A stretch of 64,000 nt of DNA from Candidatus Spongiisociaceae bacterium (GCA_965202665.1 OZ241841.1:1280001-1344000), one strand, 5' to 3'. Counted from the stretch's first letter, positions 30,476 to 40,361 are shown. A program made the numbers and translations. Notes: a model not told the origin generated them from the sequence alone.

Positions 30476-32534
30476 CCGGCCCGTCGTCGATGTGGGCCGT
30501 AACCTCTTGCGCGTCCTCTTCTTTTATTTCCCTCCGGAACTGATCGAAGGCGATGGGGGCGCCGGCGGAGTCGAAGTAGTGGTCGTTGTCGTCTAAAGAA
30601 AACAACAATATTTCCGGCTCGTCGCCGCCGGTGGTCACCACCAGGTTGTTGTTATCGGCGTCTTTGTGCAGGATTTCAACCTGTTCATATTCGTCCTCGT
30701 CCGGTTCCTCCGCCCAATAATGACGGGCGGCCTTGCTGATGGTTTCGTCGGCGGTGCGGGCCACGATTTTTTCGACGGCGCCGGCCGATGAGTCGCGGTC
30801 GTAGGAAACCGCGAAGTTCCCCCGGCTGCTGGTGTTGCGGCTGATGGCCGGGTCGGCTTCGGAGCCGCCTATCCCGTTTTCCTGGTCGGACCAGAGGTTG
30901 ATGCGCGCCCCCCGTATGGGTCGCCCGTACTGGTCGGTCAAGGCAACGGTCAACCGGTTGGTCCCCCCCGACCCGGAAGAAGTGGCCCGGGTGTAGGGCG
31001 GGTCCTGTTGGATAAGCAGGCTGGTGGGGGCGGGGGGGGCGTCGTCCCAGTCCACCGTCCGACGGCTACGCACCACTCCCACCGTTGACTCATCGTCGAT
31101 GCGGAGGGTGGCGGAAATGTTGCTCACCTCCAACCTGACGTTGGTGAAGTCATTGGAAGCCGACGGGTCCGAATAGCGCAAGGTGCGGGTGGCCCGGCCG
31201 TCGGAATTGGTGGTCAGGGTTTGCGAGCGGCCGCCGGAGGCGACCCCGGACTGGTTGGCGTATACGCGGAGGTTGAAGGTTATCCCCCGCCGAGAAACGG
31301 CGGTTCCGTCCTCGTCCACCGCTTGAAAGGTGAAAGTCACCGCATCGCCGTAGCGGACTCGCAACGCCCCATCCGGCATGTCGTCGGTTATCCGCAGGGC
31401 GGCCGCCCCCTTGTCGGCGGTGAATCTCAGGGTGCCGTAGTCAACCGTATCGGCGTCGAATTCATCATCCTCGTCGCCCGCCCAGGCCCACATGGTCAGC
31501 GTATTGGGAACGGACAGCGTGAAAAGGAGATTTCCCTGCTCGTCGGTGAAGTCGTCGTTATCGTCGATCTGGCAGACCGCGGAATTGCCGGAATAGCCGG
31601 TGATTACGCTCAGGAAACACCGGCCGTCCCGTCTGATGGCCTGGCTGGCCGAGCGGGCAGTGAAAATGTCCACGGGGCGGTCCTGGAAGGGGGCGAAGTC
31701 GGCGGTGCGCACCGAGGCCGCCACCCGCACCCGGTTGCCGGCGGAAACAGACAGGTTTTCGGTTTGAACGGTAACCCCGGCCGGCCGGGCCTGGGTGTGG
31801 GCCAAAGCCCGGGTGATGAAAGCCGCCATCTGCCCGCGGGTGACCGGCCGCTCCGGGGAAAAAGAGTTATAACCGGTTCCGGTGGTAACCCCCATCTCAT
31901 ACAACCGGCGAATGGCGTCGTGGGCGCCGCGGTTCAGATGGCCGATGTCGGTGAAAATTTCGTCATCGGGCTGAACATCGTCGATGTCCGAACCGCCCGG
32001 CCCGACCGGGGCCGCCCGCAGAAACCTCGCCAGAAACTGGGCCATCTGCGCCCGGGTGACCACCTCCCCGGGGGCAAAGGCGGTGGGAGTGCGCCCCCGG
32101 GCGATGCTCAGGGCGGCCAACTGGTTGACCGCCTGCGCCGTTTCGGCGGACAGATGGCCGATGTCGGTGAACCCCTGGTCGGGGGCGGAGCGCAACTCGA
32201 TTCCCGCTGGGAGGGCGGCCCTTATCAGAAAGCGGGCCATCTGCGCCCGGGTAACCGTCTCCCCCGGCTCGAACCGGTCGGGACTGCGGCCCAGGGTGAT
32301 CCGATAGTGGGCCAGGCAATCCACCGCCGGTTGAAAAACCCGGGGGACGTCGGTGAAACCGGCCGCTTGGGCGGCGGGTCCCACGCAGGCCGAATAAAGG
32401 GGCGCATTGTCGACTTCCCCGTCGCGGGCGGACGCCGGATGGACGGGCAAGAGGGAGGTTGCCAGCAACGCGGCCGCCGACAGGCAGGCGACCCGCGCCC
32501 GGGCGGCGCGCAACGACGCTGATCCGTCTTTCAC
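30444..32534 (-). CDS. Secreted S-layer homology (SLH) domain protein with Ig-like domains
   Basis: Signal peptide ending ASA; three SLH repeats (FTDV/FTDI...F.PGE.VTRAQMA.F); beta-rich C-terminal domains (TDQYG.P); probable GTG start at 32534. Confidence 0.85.
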   Translation of the reverse strand: MKDGSASLRAARARVACLSAAALLATSLLPVHPASARDGEVDNAPLYSACVGPAAQAAGFTDVPRVFQPAVDCLAHYRITLGRSPDRFEPGETVTRAQMARFLIRAALPAGIELRSAPDQGFTDIGHLSAETAQAVNQLAALSIARGRTPTAFAPGEVVTRAQMAQFLARFLRAAPVGPGGSDIDDVQPDDEIFTDIGHLNRGAHDAIRRLYEMGVTTGTGYNSFSPERPVTRGQMAAFITRALAHTQARPAGVTVQTENLSVSAGNRVRVAASVRTADFAPFQDRPVDIFTARSASQAIRRDGRCFLSVITGYSGNSAVCQIDDNDDFTDEQGNLLFTLSVPNTLTMWAWAGDEDDEFDADTVDYGTLRFTADKGAAALRITDDMPDGALRVRYGDAVTFTFQAVDEDGTAVSRRGITFNLRVYANQSGVASGGRSQTLTTNSDGRATRTLRYSDPSASNDFTNVRLEVSNISATLRIDDESTVGVVRSRRTVDWDDAPPAPTSLLIQQDPPYTRATSSGSGGTNRLTVALTDQYGRPIRGARINLWSDQENGIGGSEADPAISRNTSSRGNFAVSYDRDSSAGAVEKIVARTADETISKAARHYWAEEPDEDEYEQVEILHKDADNNNLVVTTGGDEPEILLFSLDDNDHYFDSAGAPIAFDQFRREIKEEDAQEVTAHIDDGPVNMYYLVESE

Positions 32535-32626
32535 ATCGCCCAAGATACACTCTTTCGCCGCTGAAACGGGGCAAGCCGGGGACTCGTCGGCTAACTTTGC
32601 CGCATATCGGAGCGGACGGAGGTCGT

Positions 32627-33589
32627 ATGCGGGCAACGGTAATCAGAAACCACGGCGGCCCGGAGGTTTTGCGAACCGAACCGGCAGAAGAACCGACGGC
32701 CGGGCCGGGGCAGGCGGTGGTGAGGATAGCCGCCGCCGGGTTGAACTTCATAGACACCTATCACCGCACCGGCCTCTATCCCCGCGATCTGCCTTTCATC
32801 CCCGGCATGGAGGCGGCCGGGGTGGTGGAGTCGGTCGGCCCTGATGTTTCCAACACGGCGGCGGGCGACCGGGTGGCGTGGTGCACCGCTCCCGGGGCCT
32901 ACGCCGAAGCGGCGGCGGCGCCGGTGGAGTCGTTAATTCCGGTACCGGCGGAGGTGTCGTTGGAGACGGCGGCGGCGGCCGCCCTGCAGGGCCTGACCGC
33001 CCAGTACCTGGTGCGGGACACTTTCCCGCTGGGCGACGGCGACTCCTGCCTGATCCACGCCGGCGCGGGCGGAGTGGGGCTGTTGCTCACCCAAGCGGCC
33101 AAACGGCTGGGGGCGACGGTGTACGCCACGGTCGGTTCCGAGGAAAAAGCGGAGCTGTCCCGGGCGGCCGGGGCGGATCACGTGATCGTCTACACCCGGG
33201 AGGATTTTGCGGAGCGGGTGCGGGAAATCAGCGGAGAGCGCTGTTTGGATGTGGTGTACGACGGAGTGGGCCGGTCTACCCTGGCGGCCGGTCTGGACTT
33301 GTTGCGCCCCCGGGGGGTGATGGCCGCTTTCGGCAACGCCTCCGGCCCCCCCGACCCGGTGGACCCGCTGACCTTGGGCAAGGCTTCCCTGTTTCTGACC
33401 CGCCCCAGCCTGTTCCACTACGCCCGCACCCGGGAGGAACTGCTGTCCCGGGCCGAGGAGCTTTTCGAATGGATCGCCGACGGCCTGCAAGTGCGCATAG
33501 GCGCCCGCTTCCCCCTAGAACAAGCCGCCGACGCCCACCGCGCCCTAGAAGGCCGCTCCACCACCGGCAAAGTCCTAATAATCCCCTAA
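32627..33589 (+). CDS. qor: NADPH:quinone oxidoreductase (zeta-crystallin/Qor family)
   Basis: GGPEVL, GLNFIDTYHRTGLY, HAGAGGVG, YDGVG, FLTRPSL, TTGKV. Confidence 0.92.
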   Translation: MRATVIRNHGGPEVLRTEPAEEPTAGPGQAVVRIAAAGLNFIDTYHRTGLYPRDLPFIPGMEAAGVVESVGPDVSNTAAGDRVAWCTAPGAYAEAAAAPVESLIPVPAEVSLETAAAAALQGLTAQYLVRDTFPLGDGDSCLIHAGAGGVGLLLTQAAKRLGATVYATVGSEEKAELSRAAGADHVIVYTREDFAERVREISGERCLDVVYDGVGRSTLAAGLDLLRPRGVMAAFGNASGPPDPVDPLTLGKASLFLTRPSLFHYARTREELLSRAEELFEWIADGLQVRIGARFPLEQAADAHRALEGRSTTGKVLIIP

Positions 33590-34765
33590 ACCCAAAATAA
33601 GAGATCGGTTCATACCCCAGTCGTCATCCAAGATTGACATCACCTCCTCCGCCACAAACCGCCGTTGCTTGCGGGGCCCCGGTTCCATCTCCTCCAAAAT
33701 CCTCAACTCCATCATCTTCTCCAACGCCGCCAACGCCGTCGGCGTCGACACATGGAGGCTGCCTACCACCCTGCTCGCCGTCAGTATCGGGTTGGCAAAA
33801 ATCTGATCGCATATCGCGATGGCCGTGCCGCCGCGTATGGAACTTAAAATACGCTCGCGATATGACTCCCTCATATCTATCAACTGTCTCATCCGGCCTA
33901 GGGCGTCCTCCGCCTCTCTAATAACGCCTTTCAGATAAAAACCTACCCACCCATCCAAGTCACCTTGCTGCCTGACTGAATTCAACCAAGCGATGTACTC
34001 CGGTCGCTCGTCTTCGAAATAGGAGGACAGATAGAGAAAAGGGCGTGACAATCGTTTGCGATAGATAAAGTGCAACACGATCAAAAGGCGCCCTAGTCGA
34101 CCGTTGCCGTCGTCATAGGGATGAATGGTTTCAAACTGATAGTGAAGCATACCGCTCTGTATCAAAACTGGGATATCCGAGTTGCCGGTGGCGAACCTGA
34201 TCCAGTCATCCAGCAACCTTCCCACTTCCTCGGGCGGAGGCGGTACGAACGAAGCTTCTTTGATCTTGGCGTTGGGCGGGCCGATCCAATTTTGCGTGGT
34301 GCGGACTTGTCCCGGATTTCGATTCCGGCCCCTCACGCCCGCCAACAGCACCTCATGCAAGCGACACATCATGTCCAAACCAAAAGAATTGCTTTGCTCC
34401 AAAAGCGCGACGCCGTCGGTCATGGCTCGCACATAGTTGAGGACTTCTTCGGTATCTGGACCCTGTGTAACGTCGGCCACCTCGGCTAGAAAGGACTCTC
34501 CGAGGGTGGTTAGGGTCCCTTCGATTCGCGTTGAGGACACAGCCTCCTGAAATAAGTAGGGACGAATCAGCAGGTTAGGATTGGACAACAGTCGTCCCGT
34601 TCCTTCCAAACGGCCCACCGCGGCCTCAGCCTCCGCCAACAGGCCAACGGTTCTTTTTGACAGGTCAACGGAGAGGGGCATTTCAGCGGGGAAGAAAGCT
34701 TCGTATTTTTCGCCGCCAGCAGTTTCCGCCATCCGCCGTTGGCCAAATTCTGTAGAGTGCGTCAT
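33575..34765 (-). CDS. Fic-family protein with N-terminal inhibitory motif and C-terminal HTH
   Basis: HPYDDGNGRLGR Fic motif; SSTRIEG (S/T)xxxE(G/N) motif; visibly lower GC than the flanks. Confidence 0.93.
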   Translation of the reverse strand: MTHSTEFGQRRMAETAGGEKYEAFFPAEMPLSVDLSKRTVGLLAEAEAAVGRLEGTGRLLSNPNLLIRPYLFQEAVSSTRIEGTLTTLGESFLAEVADVTQGPDTEEVLNYVRAMTDGVALLEQSNSFGLDMMCRLHEVLLAGVRGRNRNPGQVRTTQNWIGPPNAKIKEASFVPPPPEEVGRLLDDWIRFATGNSDIPVLIQSGMLHYQFETIHPYDDGNGRLGRLLIVLHFIYRKRLSRPFLYLSSYFEDERPEYIAWLNSVRQQGDLDGWVGFYLKGVIREAEDALGRMRQLIDMRESYRERILSSIRGGTAIAICDQIFANPILTASRVVGSLHVSTPTALAALEKMMELRILEEMEPGPRKQRRFVAEEVMSILDDDWGMNRSLILGLGDY

Positions 34766-34798
34766 ACGGCTAAATTAGCACCTCCTCAGAATAATAAA

Positions 34799-35252
34799 CC
34801 ACCATAAACCCAAAACGCCCAAACCTAAAAGACGCACCCCCACCATAAACCCAACCTAAAGGACAAACCCCCACCATAAACCCAAAACGCCCAAACCTAA
34901 AGAACGCACCCCCACCATAAACCCAACCTAAAGGACAAACCCCCACCATAAACCCAAAACGCCCAAACCTAAAGGACAAACCCCCACCATAAACCCAACC
35001 TAAAGGACAAACCCCCACCATAAACCCAAAACGCCCAAACCTAAAGAACGCACCCCCACCATAAACCCAACCTAAAGGACAAACCCCCACCATAAACCCA
35101 AAACGCCCAAACCTAAAGAACGCACCCCCACCATAAACCCAACCTAAAGGACAAACCCCCACCATAAACCCAAAACGCCCAAACCTAAAGAACGCACCCC
35201 CACCATAAACCCAACCTAAAGGACAAACCCCCACCATAAACCCAAAACGCCC
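34799..35252. repeat. Tandem repeat with 72-bp period (~6.3 copies), built from alternating ~41- and ~31-bp subunits
   Basis: The sequence at 34801 recurs at 35161 (5x72); both subunits share CCACCATAAACCCAA and ACCTAAAG; + strand is almost only C/A. Confidence 0.95.
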
Positions 35253-35257
35253 TTTGC

Positions 35258-36148
35258 CTAATGGTGATTGGGGGGCCAGAGCCAGGCCGCCCCTCTTACG
35301 CCGCCTGAGTCGCCATGGCGGTTGGGCAACAATCGGTTGGCCGCCTGTTCGGAGAAAACCCACTTGCCCCATTCTTGGGGGACTCGTTCGTATAGGGCGT
35401 CGATGTTGGACAGCCCGCCTCCCAGCACAATAACCTCCGGGTCCAGGATGTTGACCACCGCCGCCAACGCCCGGGCCAGCCGTTCCGCATACAGATCCAG
35501 CACCCGGCGGGCATCCTCGTCGAACCCCACCCGCCTCATCACCTCCTCCGCGCTGCGCTCCTCCCCCGTCAGCCTCCGATACTCCCCGGCCGCCGCCGGG
35601 CCGGACAGAAAAGTCTCCACGCAGTTGGAACGTCCGCAGTAGCAGGAACGCGTCTCCCCCTGACCGGCCAGTTCGTTGTGCCCCCACTCGCCCGCAATCC
35701 GGTTGGGACCGTCCATCACCCGTCTTTCCACCACCACTCCGCCCCCCACCCCGGTTCCGAGAATCACGCCGAACACCACCCGGGCGTCCCGACCCGCCCC
35801 ATCCACCGCCTCGGACAGGGCGAAGCAGTTGGCGTCGTTTTCGATCCGCACCGGCCTTCCCAAAGCCGCCTCCAAATCCCGATGCAACGGGCGGCCGTTC
35901 AGAACCTGCGAGTTGGAGTTGCGCAACAAACCGGTGAAAGGCGAGATGGCCCCCGGAGTCCCCACCCCCACCGTGCCGGAGCCGCCCGCCCGGGACTCGG
36001 TCTCCTCCACCAGCCGGACGATGGCCTCCACCGTCGACCGGTAGTCATCCGCCGGGGTGGGAATCCGCAGGCGCGCCAACTCCTCCCCCGCCCCGTCCAA
36101 TGCCGCCGCCTCAATTTTGGTGCCCCCCAAATCCACCCCGATTCTCAT
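35258..36148 (-). CDS. ROK-family sugar kinase (Mak/fructokinase-like)
   Basis: IGVDLGGTKIE, ENDANCFALSE, GTGVGGG, GEWGH, CYCGRSNCVETFLSG. Confidence 0.93.
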   Translation of the reverse strand: MRIGVDLGGTKIEAAALDGAGEELARLRIPTPADDYRSTVEAIVRLVEETESRAGGSGTVGVGTPGAISPFTGLLRNSNSQVLNGRPLHRDLEAALGRPVRIENDANCFALSEAVDGAGRDARVVFGVILGTGVGGGVVVERRVMDGPNRIAGEWGHNELAGQGETRSCYCGRSNCVETFLSGPAAAGEYRRLTGEERSAEEVMRRVGFDEDARRVLDLYAERLARALAAVVNILDPEVIVLGGGLSNIDALYERVPQEWGKWVFSEQAANRLLPNRHGDSGGVRGAAWLWPPNHH

Positions 36149-36561
36149 CGGGAACCCGGTCGGTACACGGTCCCTCGAAACAGCCCCACTTCTTTCCCCT
36201 CCTGGTTTTCCACCGTCACCTGATACCAGCCAAAGGATCTGGTGCCCGACAATCGCTGCCCGCGAGCGGTCAGCCGGTCCCCGGGTCGGGTGGCGCGCAC
36301 ATACGAAATCTGCATGTCAACCGCCACCGCCGCCTCCTGCAATGCGTTGGCGGACAAGCCCATCACGATGTCGGCCAAAGAAATAATCACCCCCCCGTGG
36401 GTCATCCCCAAAAAGTTAACGTGTTCCTCCCGCACCGTCAGCTCGGCCGCCATCTCGCCGGGACCGGCTGAAACCAGCTTCACCCCCAGCAGTTCGGCGA
36501 ACCGGTCAGCGGCCAGCAAGGAAGGGGCGTCGCCGGATGGGGCGGCATCGGAAATGGTCAT
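36145..36561 (-). CDS. PaaI-family hotdog thioesterase
   Basis: NFLGMTHGGVIISLAD; hotdog-fold size. Confidence 0.9.
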   Translation of the reverse strand: MTISDAAPSGDAPSLLAADRFAELLGVKLVSAGPGEMAAELTVREEHVNFLGMTHGGVIISLADIVMGLSANALQEAAVAVDMQISYVRATRPGDRLTARGQRLSGTRSFGWYQVTVENQEGKEVGLFRGTVYRPGSR

Positions 36562-36576
36562 GGAGGTAATCGTATT

Positions 36577-38052
36577 CTATTCCCGGCGACGCGCTGTAAA
36601 TGACCAGGCCCACAAACCGGCCGCCATCGTCATGGCCGCCACTTGCAACCAGTCCCCTCCTCGGGCGTACAAGGTCAGGCCGGCCGTCCGAATCCCCGCC
36701 CGCCCGGTCAGGACGGTGGTTTGAAACAGGCCGGTGGGGCCGGTCATCCGTCCGTCGGCGTGCGCTATGGCCGAGCGCCCGGTGACCGCGGCATGCACGA
36801 TGTCCACCCCCAACTCGGCCGCCCGCAGGCGGGTGATGTCCAAAAACTGGTCGCTGACCGGCGAAGTTCCGAAAGAGGCTTCGTTGGTGGCCACCACCAG
36901 CAACCGGGCTCCCCCCCTCACCGCCTCCCGCTCGTAGCGGGCGTAGGCGCCCTCGTAGGAGATGACCGAGGCGAACGGGATCCCGTCCAAGTCGAACCAG
37001 ACCGGCCCCTCCCCGCGGGCCATGTCCCGGGGGACCCGCGCGATGGCCGGAATCCAATCCAGCCAGGACCGCAACGGCACAAACTCGCCGAACGGCACCG
37101 GATGCCGCTTGCGGTATTCGCCCGCCAACTCCCCTTGGCGGTTGAACAGCAGGTTGACGTTGATGAAAGAACCCGGGCCGTTGTCCAAATCCCCCCCGGC
37201 CAGCAACGGCGCACCCAACCGGCGGGCCTGCTCGCCTATTTCGGCCGCGATCCGCTCGGAGCGGAGCGGATCGGCCGGGCCGCCGGTGGAGCTCTCCGCC
37301 CACACCACCAGGTCGGGGCCGGGGGCCAGGGACCTGGTCAGTTCCAAGTGGCTGCGGTAGATCATTTCCCGCTCCCCGGCGCACCGCACCATCGGACAAG
37401 GCGAGTTGCCCTGCACGATGGCCGTCGTTACGGCCGGTCCGTCGGCCGTCGCCGGCCACACCGCCCCGGCCGTAGCCAGGGCCGCGACCGCAACCGCCGC
37501 CGCCGCCGGAACGCGCCAGGAAACCCGGCTCATCGCCGCCAGGGCCGCGGTCGCGGCCGCCGCGGTCAGGATCACCGTCCAACCGGTGGCCCCCACCCAC
37601 TGGGAGGCGGCCCGCAACGGCGTGGGGCTGACGGTCAAGCCGGGCAGCCCCCAGGGAAAACCCCCCACCGGCCACCGCATCCGCAGAAACTCCATCAACG
37701 CCAACGTCCCGGCCGCGGCCAGAACGAACAGGACGGGGGGGGCTCCCCGAAACCGGTAGGCGGCCGCCGCCAAACCCAAATAGGACGCGGCCTGCAACAA
37801 CACCAGCGGGACGTAGCCGATCAGCTCCACCGGAACTATCCACCACAGCAAAGTCCCGAAGTAGGCCAAGCCGAACAGGTATCCCGACCACAACGCCGTC
37901 ACCCAACCGGGGGCGGAGGCGGCCAGCCAAATCAACAGCCCCGCCGCCAGCCAGGTCAGGAAAACCCATCGGAAAGGGGCGAACCCCAGGGCGGCGGAAC
38001 CCCCGCCCAGGGCGGCGGCGGCCAGGCGGAGGGGGACGGAGAAGCGCGGCAC
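36577..38052 (-). CDS. lnt: Apolipoprotein N-acyltransferase
   Basis: GGFPW, VQGN, VVWAES, YRKRHPVPFGE, VISYE (Ser at the nucleophile position), TNEASF, RAAELG; start approximate. Confidence 0.92.
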   Translation of the reverse strand: MPRFSVPLRLAAAALGGGSAALGFAPFRWVFLTWLAAGLLIWLAASAPGWVTALWSGYLFGLAYFGTLLWWIVPVELIGYVPLVLLQAASYLGLAAAAYRFRGAPPVLFVLAAAGTLALMEFLRMRWPVGGFPWGLPGLTVSPTPLRAASQWVGATGWTVILTAAAATAALAAMSRVSWRVPAAAAVAVAALATAGAVWPATADGPAVTTAIVQGNSPCPMVRCAGEREMIYRSHLELTRSLAPGPDLVVWAESSTGGPADPLRSERIAAEIGEQARRLGAPLLAGGDLDNGPGSFINVNLLFNRQGELAGEYRKRHPVPFGEFVPLRSWLDWIPAIARVPRDMARGEGPVWFDLDGIPFASVISYEGAYARYEREAVRGGARLLVVATNEASFGTSPVSDQFLDITRLRAAELGVDIVHAAVTGRSAIAHADGRMTGPTGLFQTTVLTGRAGIRTAGLTLYARGGDWLQVAAMTMAAGLWAWSFTARRRE

Positions 38053-38080
38053 AACCGGTTTGACCCCAGCCGACGGCGTG

Positions 38081-38827
38081 TCAGACGTCCATCGCCGCCG
38101 AAACCCGGCCGGCCGCCTCCGCCACCATCCGGGCGATGTCCTCATCGTCCTCCTCGCCGGGAAAACGATAGGACGGGCCGTGGACGTGCAAGGCCCCCAG
38201 CACCCGTTTCCGCCCGTCGTGCACGGGGGCGGCCACCGAGCTGATGCCTTCCGCGAACTCTTCCCGCACCCAGGCGTATCCGGCATCCCGAATTCCCTCC
38301 AACCGGGCCCGCAACCGCACCGGGTCGGTCACCGTAAACGGCGTGTAGCCCTCCAAACCCCGTTCCAGGTAAAGGTCAAGTTGGGCGGGCGGCCACTGGG
38401 ATAAAACCACCAAGCCGGAGGGCACCACGTGCATGGGAAGCAAAGTCCCGGTCCAATCCCGCACCGCAACGTCGTTTTGGGCGTCCTCCTGGGCGATGTA
38501 ATGAACCCGATGTCCGTCCGGCACCGCCAACCCGGCGTCCTCCCCGATCTCCCGGGACAGCATCCGCAGATGGGGCCGGGCGCGGGCGGTCAGGTTGACC
38601 GTCATTCCCCGCCCCGCCGACAGGCTGAAAACTTTGGGGCCGATCCGATAGGAGGCTTCGGACTCCGCCCGCTCCACCGCCCCCACTTCCAACAGGGTGT
38701 TCAGAATCCTCGACACCGTGCTTTTGGGCAGATCCGCCAGTTCGGCCAACTCGGTTACGCCCACCTCCGCCTGCGATATTTCGTCTAGCAACAGAAACGC
38801 CCGCTCGATCGACTGCACATAGTCCAC
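38081..38827 (-). CDS. IclR-family transcriptional regulator
   Basis: VQSIERA, GVTELA...LPKSTVSRIL HTH, GYA...EE...GISSVAAPV; probable leaderless GTG start. Confidence 0.93.
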   Translation of the reverse strand: MDYVQSIERAFLLLDEISQAEVGVTELAELADLPKSTVSRILNTLLEVGAVERAESEASYRIGPKVFSLSAGRGMTVNLTARARPHLRMLSREIGEDAGLAVPDGHRVHYIAQEDAQNDVAVRDWTGTLLPMHVVPSGLVVLSQWPPAQLDLYLERGLEGYTPFTVTDPVRLRARLEGIRDAGYAWVREEFAEGISSVAAPVHDGRKRVLGALHVHGPSYRFPGEEDDEDIARMVAEAAGRVSAAMDV

Positions 38828-38957
38828 CAGCCGATTGTACCACATCGTGGAACTGTTCCGCTAGGCGGTTTCCGCCAGGCTGCGGCCGCGCGCCGGTCGG
38901 CGGCCTTCGACGGCGGGTAACCTTAATCAAGGCCCCCAACCCAAAGGAGAACCCGCC

Positions 38958-39680
38958 ATGTCGGTCCCCACCCCCCACATTTCGGCCCCCGAAGGGGCGT
39001 TCGCCCCCTCCGTCCTGCTCCCCGGCGACCCCCTGCGGGCCCGCCACATCGCCGAAAACTTCCTGGAAAACGCCCGGGAGGTGACGGCGGTGCGCAATAT
39101 GCTCGGCTACACCGGCTCCTACCGGGGGACCCCCGTTTCGGCTATGGGAACCGGGATGGGAGTTCCCTCGGCCGGCATTTACATAACCGAGTTGATCCGG
39201 TTCTACGGTTGCCGGCGCCTGATCCGGGTCGGTTCCTGCGGCGGCATCGACCCGGAGATCAAAATGCGGGAGGCGGTGATCGCCATGGGGGCCTGCACCG
39301 ATTCCTCAACCAACCGCGCCCGTTACAACGGCTGGGACTACGCGGCCGTCGCCGACTTTCAACTGCTGACCGGGGCGGTGGCGGCCGCCGCCCGACTGGG
39401 GGTGACCGCCGCGGTGGGCAACGTACACACCTCCGACTTGTTCTACAACCCCGACCCCCGGACTATGGAAACCTGGCGCCGGATGGGAATCGCGGCGGTG
39501 GAGATGGAAACCGCCGCCCTGTACGCCATCGCGGCGGAAGAGCGGGCCCAGGCCCTTACCATCGCCACCGTGTCCGACCATCTGGCCACCGGGGAGGCGA
39601 CCACTTCCGAGGAGCGGGAACGCACCTTCGACGACATGGTGCGGGTGGCTTTGGAAACCCTGGCCGACGCCCACCGGTGA
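38958..39680 (+). CDS. deoD: Purine nucleoside phosphorylase
   Basis: PTPHI, LPGDPLRA, VRNMLGYTG, GMGVPS, IRVGSCG, VEME, TVSDH. Confidence 0.97.
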   Translation: MSVPTPHISAPEGAFAPSVLLPGDPLRARHIAENFLENAREVTAVRNMLGYTGSYRGTPVSAMGTGMGVPSAGIYITELIRFYGCRRLIRVGSCGGIDPEIKMREAVIAMGACTDSSTNRARYNGWDYAAVADFQLLTGAVAAAARLGVTAAVGNVHTSDLFYNPDPRTMETWRRMGIAAVEMETAALYAIAAEERAQALTIATVSDHLATGEATTSEERERTFDDMVRVALETLADAHR

Positions 39681-39739
39681 AACTTGTCGCACCCCCTCCC
39701 TACCATAAGGCCGGACATATCGCATAAGGAGGAAACCCG

Positions 39740-40210
39740 ATGGCCCTGACCGTCTTCCATTTCGACCATGTATATCTGGAATACGAGGGGGAGCGTCCGA
39801 CGGCGGTTCCGGAAGTCACCGACGAGGGGGAGGAGATGTTCGTGGCGAAACCGAACGATGTCATCTGCGTGGACGCCGAAACCGCCCACCTGTTGCTGGA
39901 AAAAGACGGATGGCGGGCCTCCAACGTGGTCCAGTTGATGATCGACAAACTGGGCCGGGCGGCCTCGGCGATGGGGAAAAACGTGGAGGAGGCGCTGGGC
40001 GTGGCCGAGTCGGCGCTGGAGGTATTCGCGGCGGATGTGACCCGAGGACGGTTGAACCGGCGCCGACTACGCGCGGCCACCGACCGAATGGTACGGGAAA
40101 TGGCCCGCTCTTCGGGAATGCTCAGCCGGGCCAACGCCGAAGTGGAGACGGCGGTGGAGGAGATCAACAATTGGCATCCCCCGCTCGGCGACCGGCGGAC
40201 GGCTACCTGA
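39740..40210 (+). CDS. Hypothetical protein (156 aa)
   Basis: Strong AAGGAGG RBS and GC3-rich codons; no recognised motif. Confidence 0.75.
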   Translation: MALTVFHFDHVYLEYEGERPTAVPEVTDEGEEMFVAKPNDVICVDAETAHLLLEKDGWRASNVVQLMIDKLGRAASAMGKNVEEALGVAESALEVFAADVTRGRLNRRRLRAATDRMVREMARSSGMLSRANAEVETAVEEINNWHPPLGDRRTAT

Positions 40211-40361
40211 ACAGTTTGCGCAACAGCCGCCCGGCTGCCCGGCCCGTCGCCCGTCGGGCCACCCGTTTTCCCACCGTGCCCCGTTGCGCCGCGTTGGCGT
40301 CCCCCAGCAAACGGGATATTTTGTAGAGGAGGGAGCGGGTTTTGTTAATGGACATGACGGC

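Noticed and set aside
34799-35252. Possible CRISPR array
   Set aside because: The segments between the recurring motif are themselves repeated, so there are no unique spacers, and the window has no cas genes
34770-35687. 305-aa ORF with FGFMVGVCPLGWVYGGG repeats
   Set aside because: It overlaps the ROK gene out of frame and stays open only because the 72-bp period is a multiple of 3 without stops
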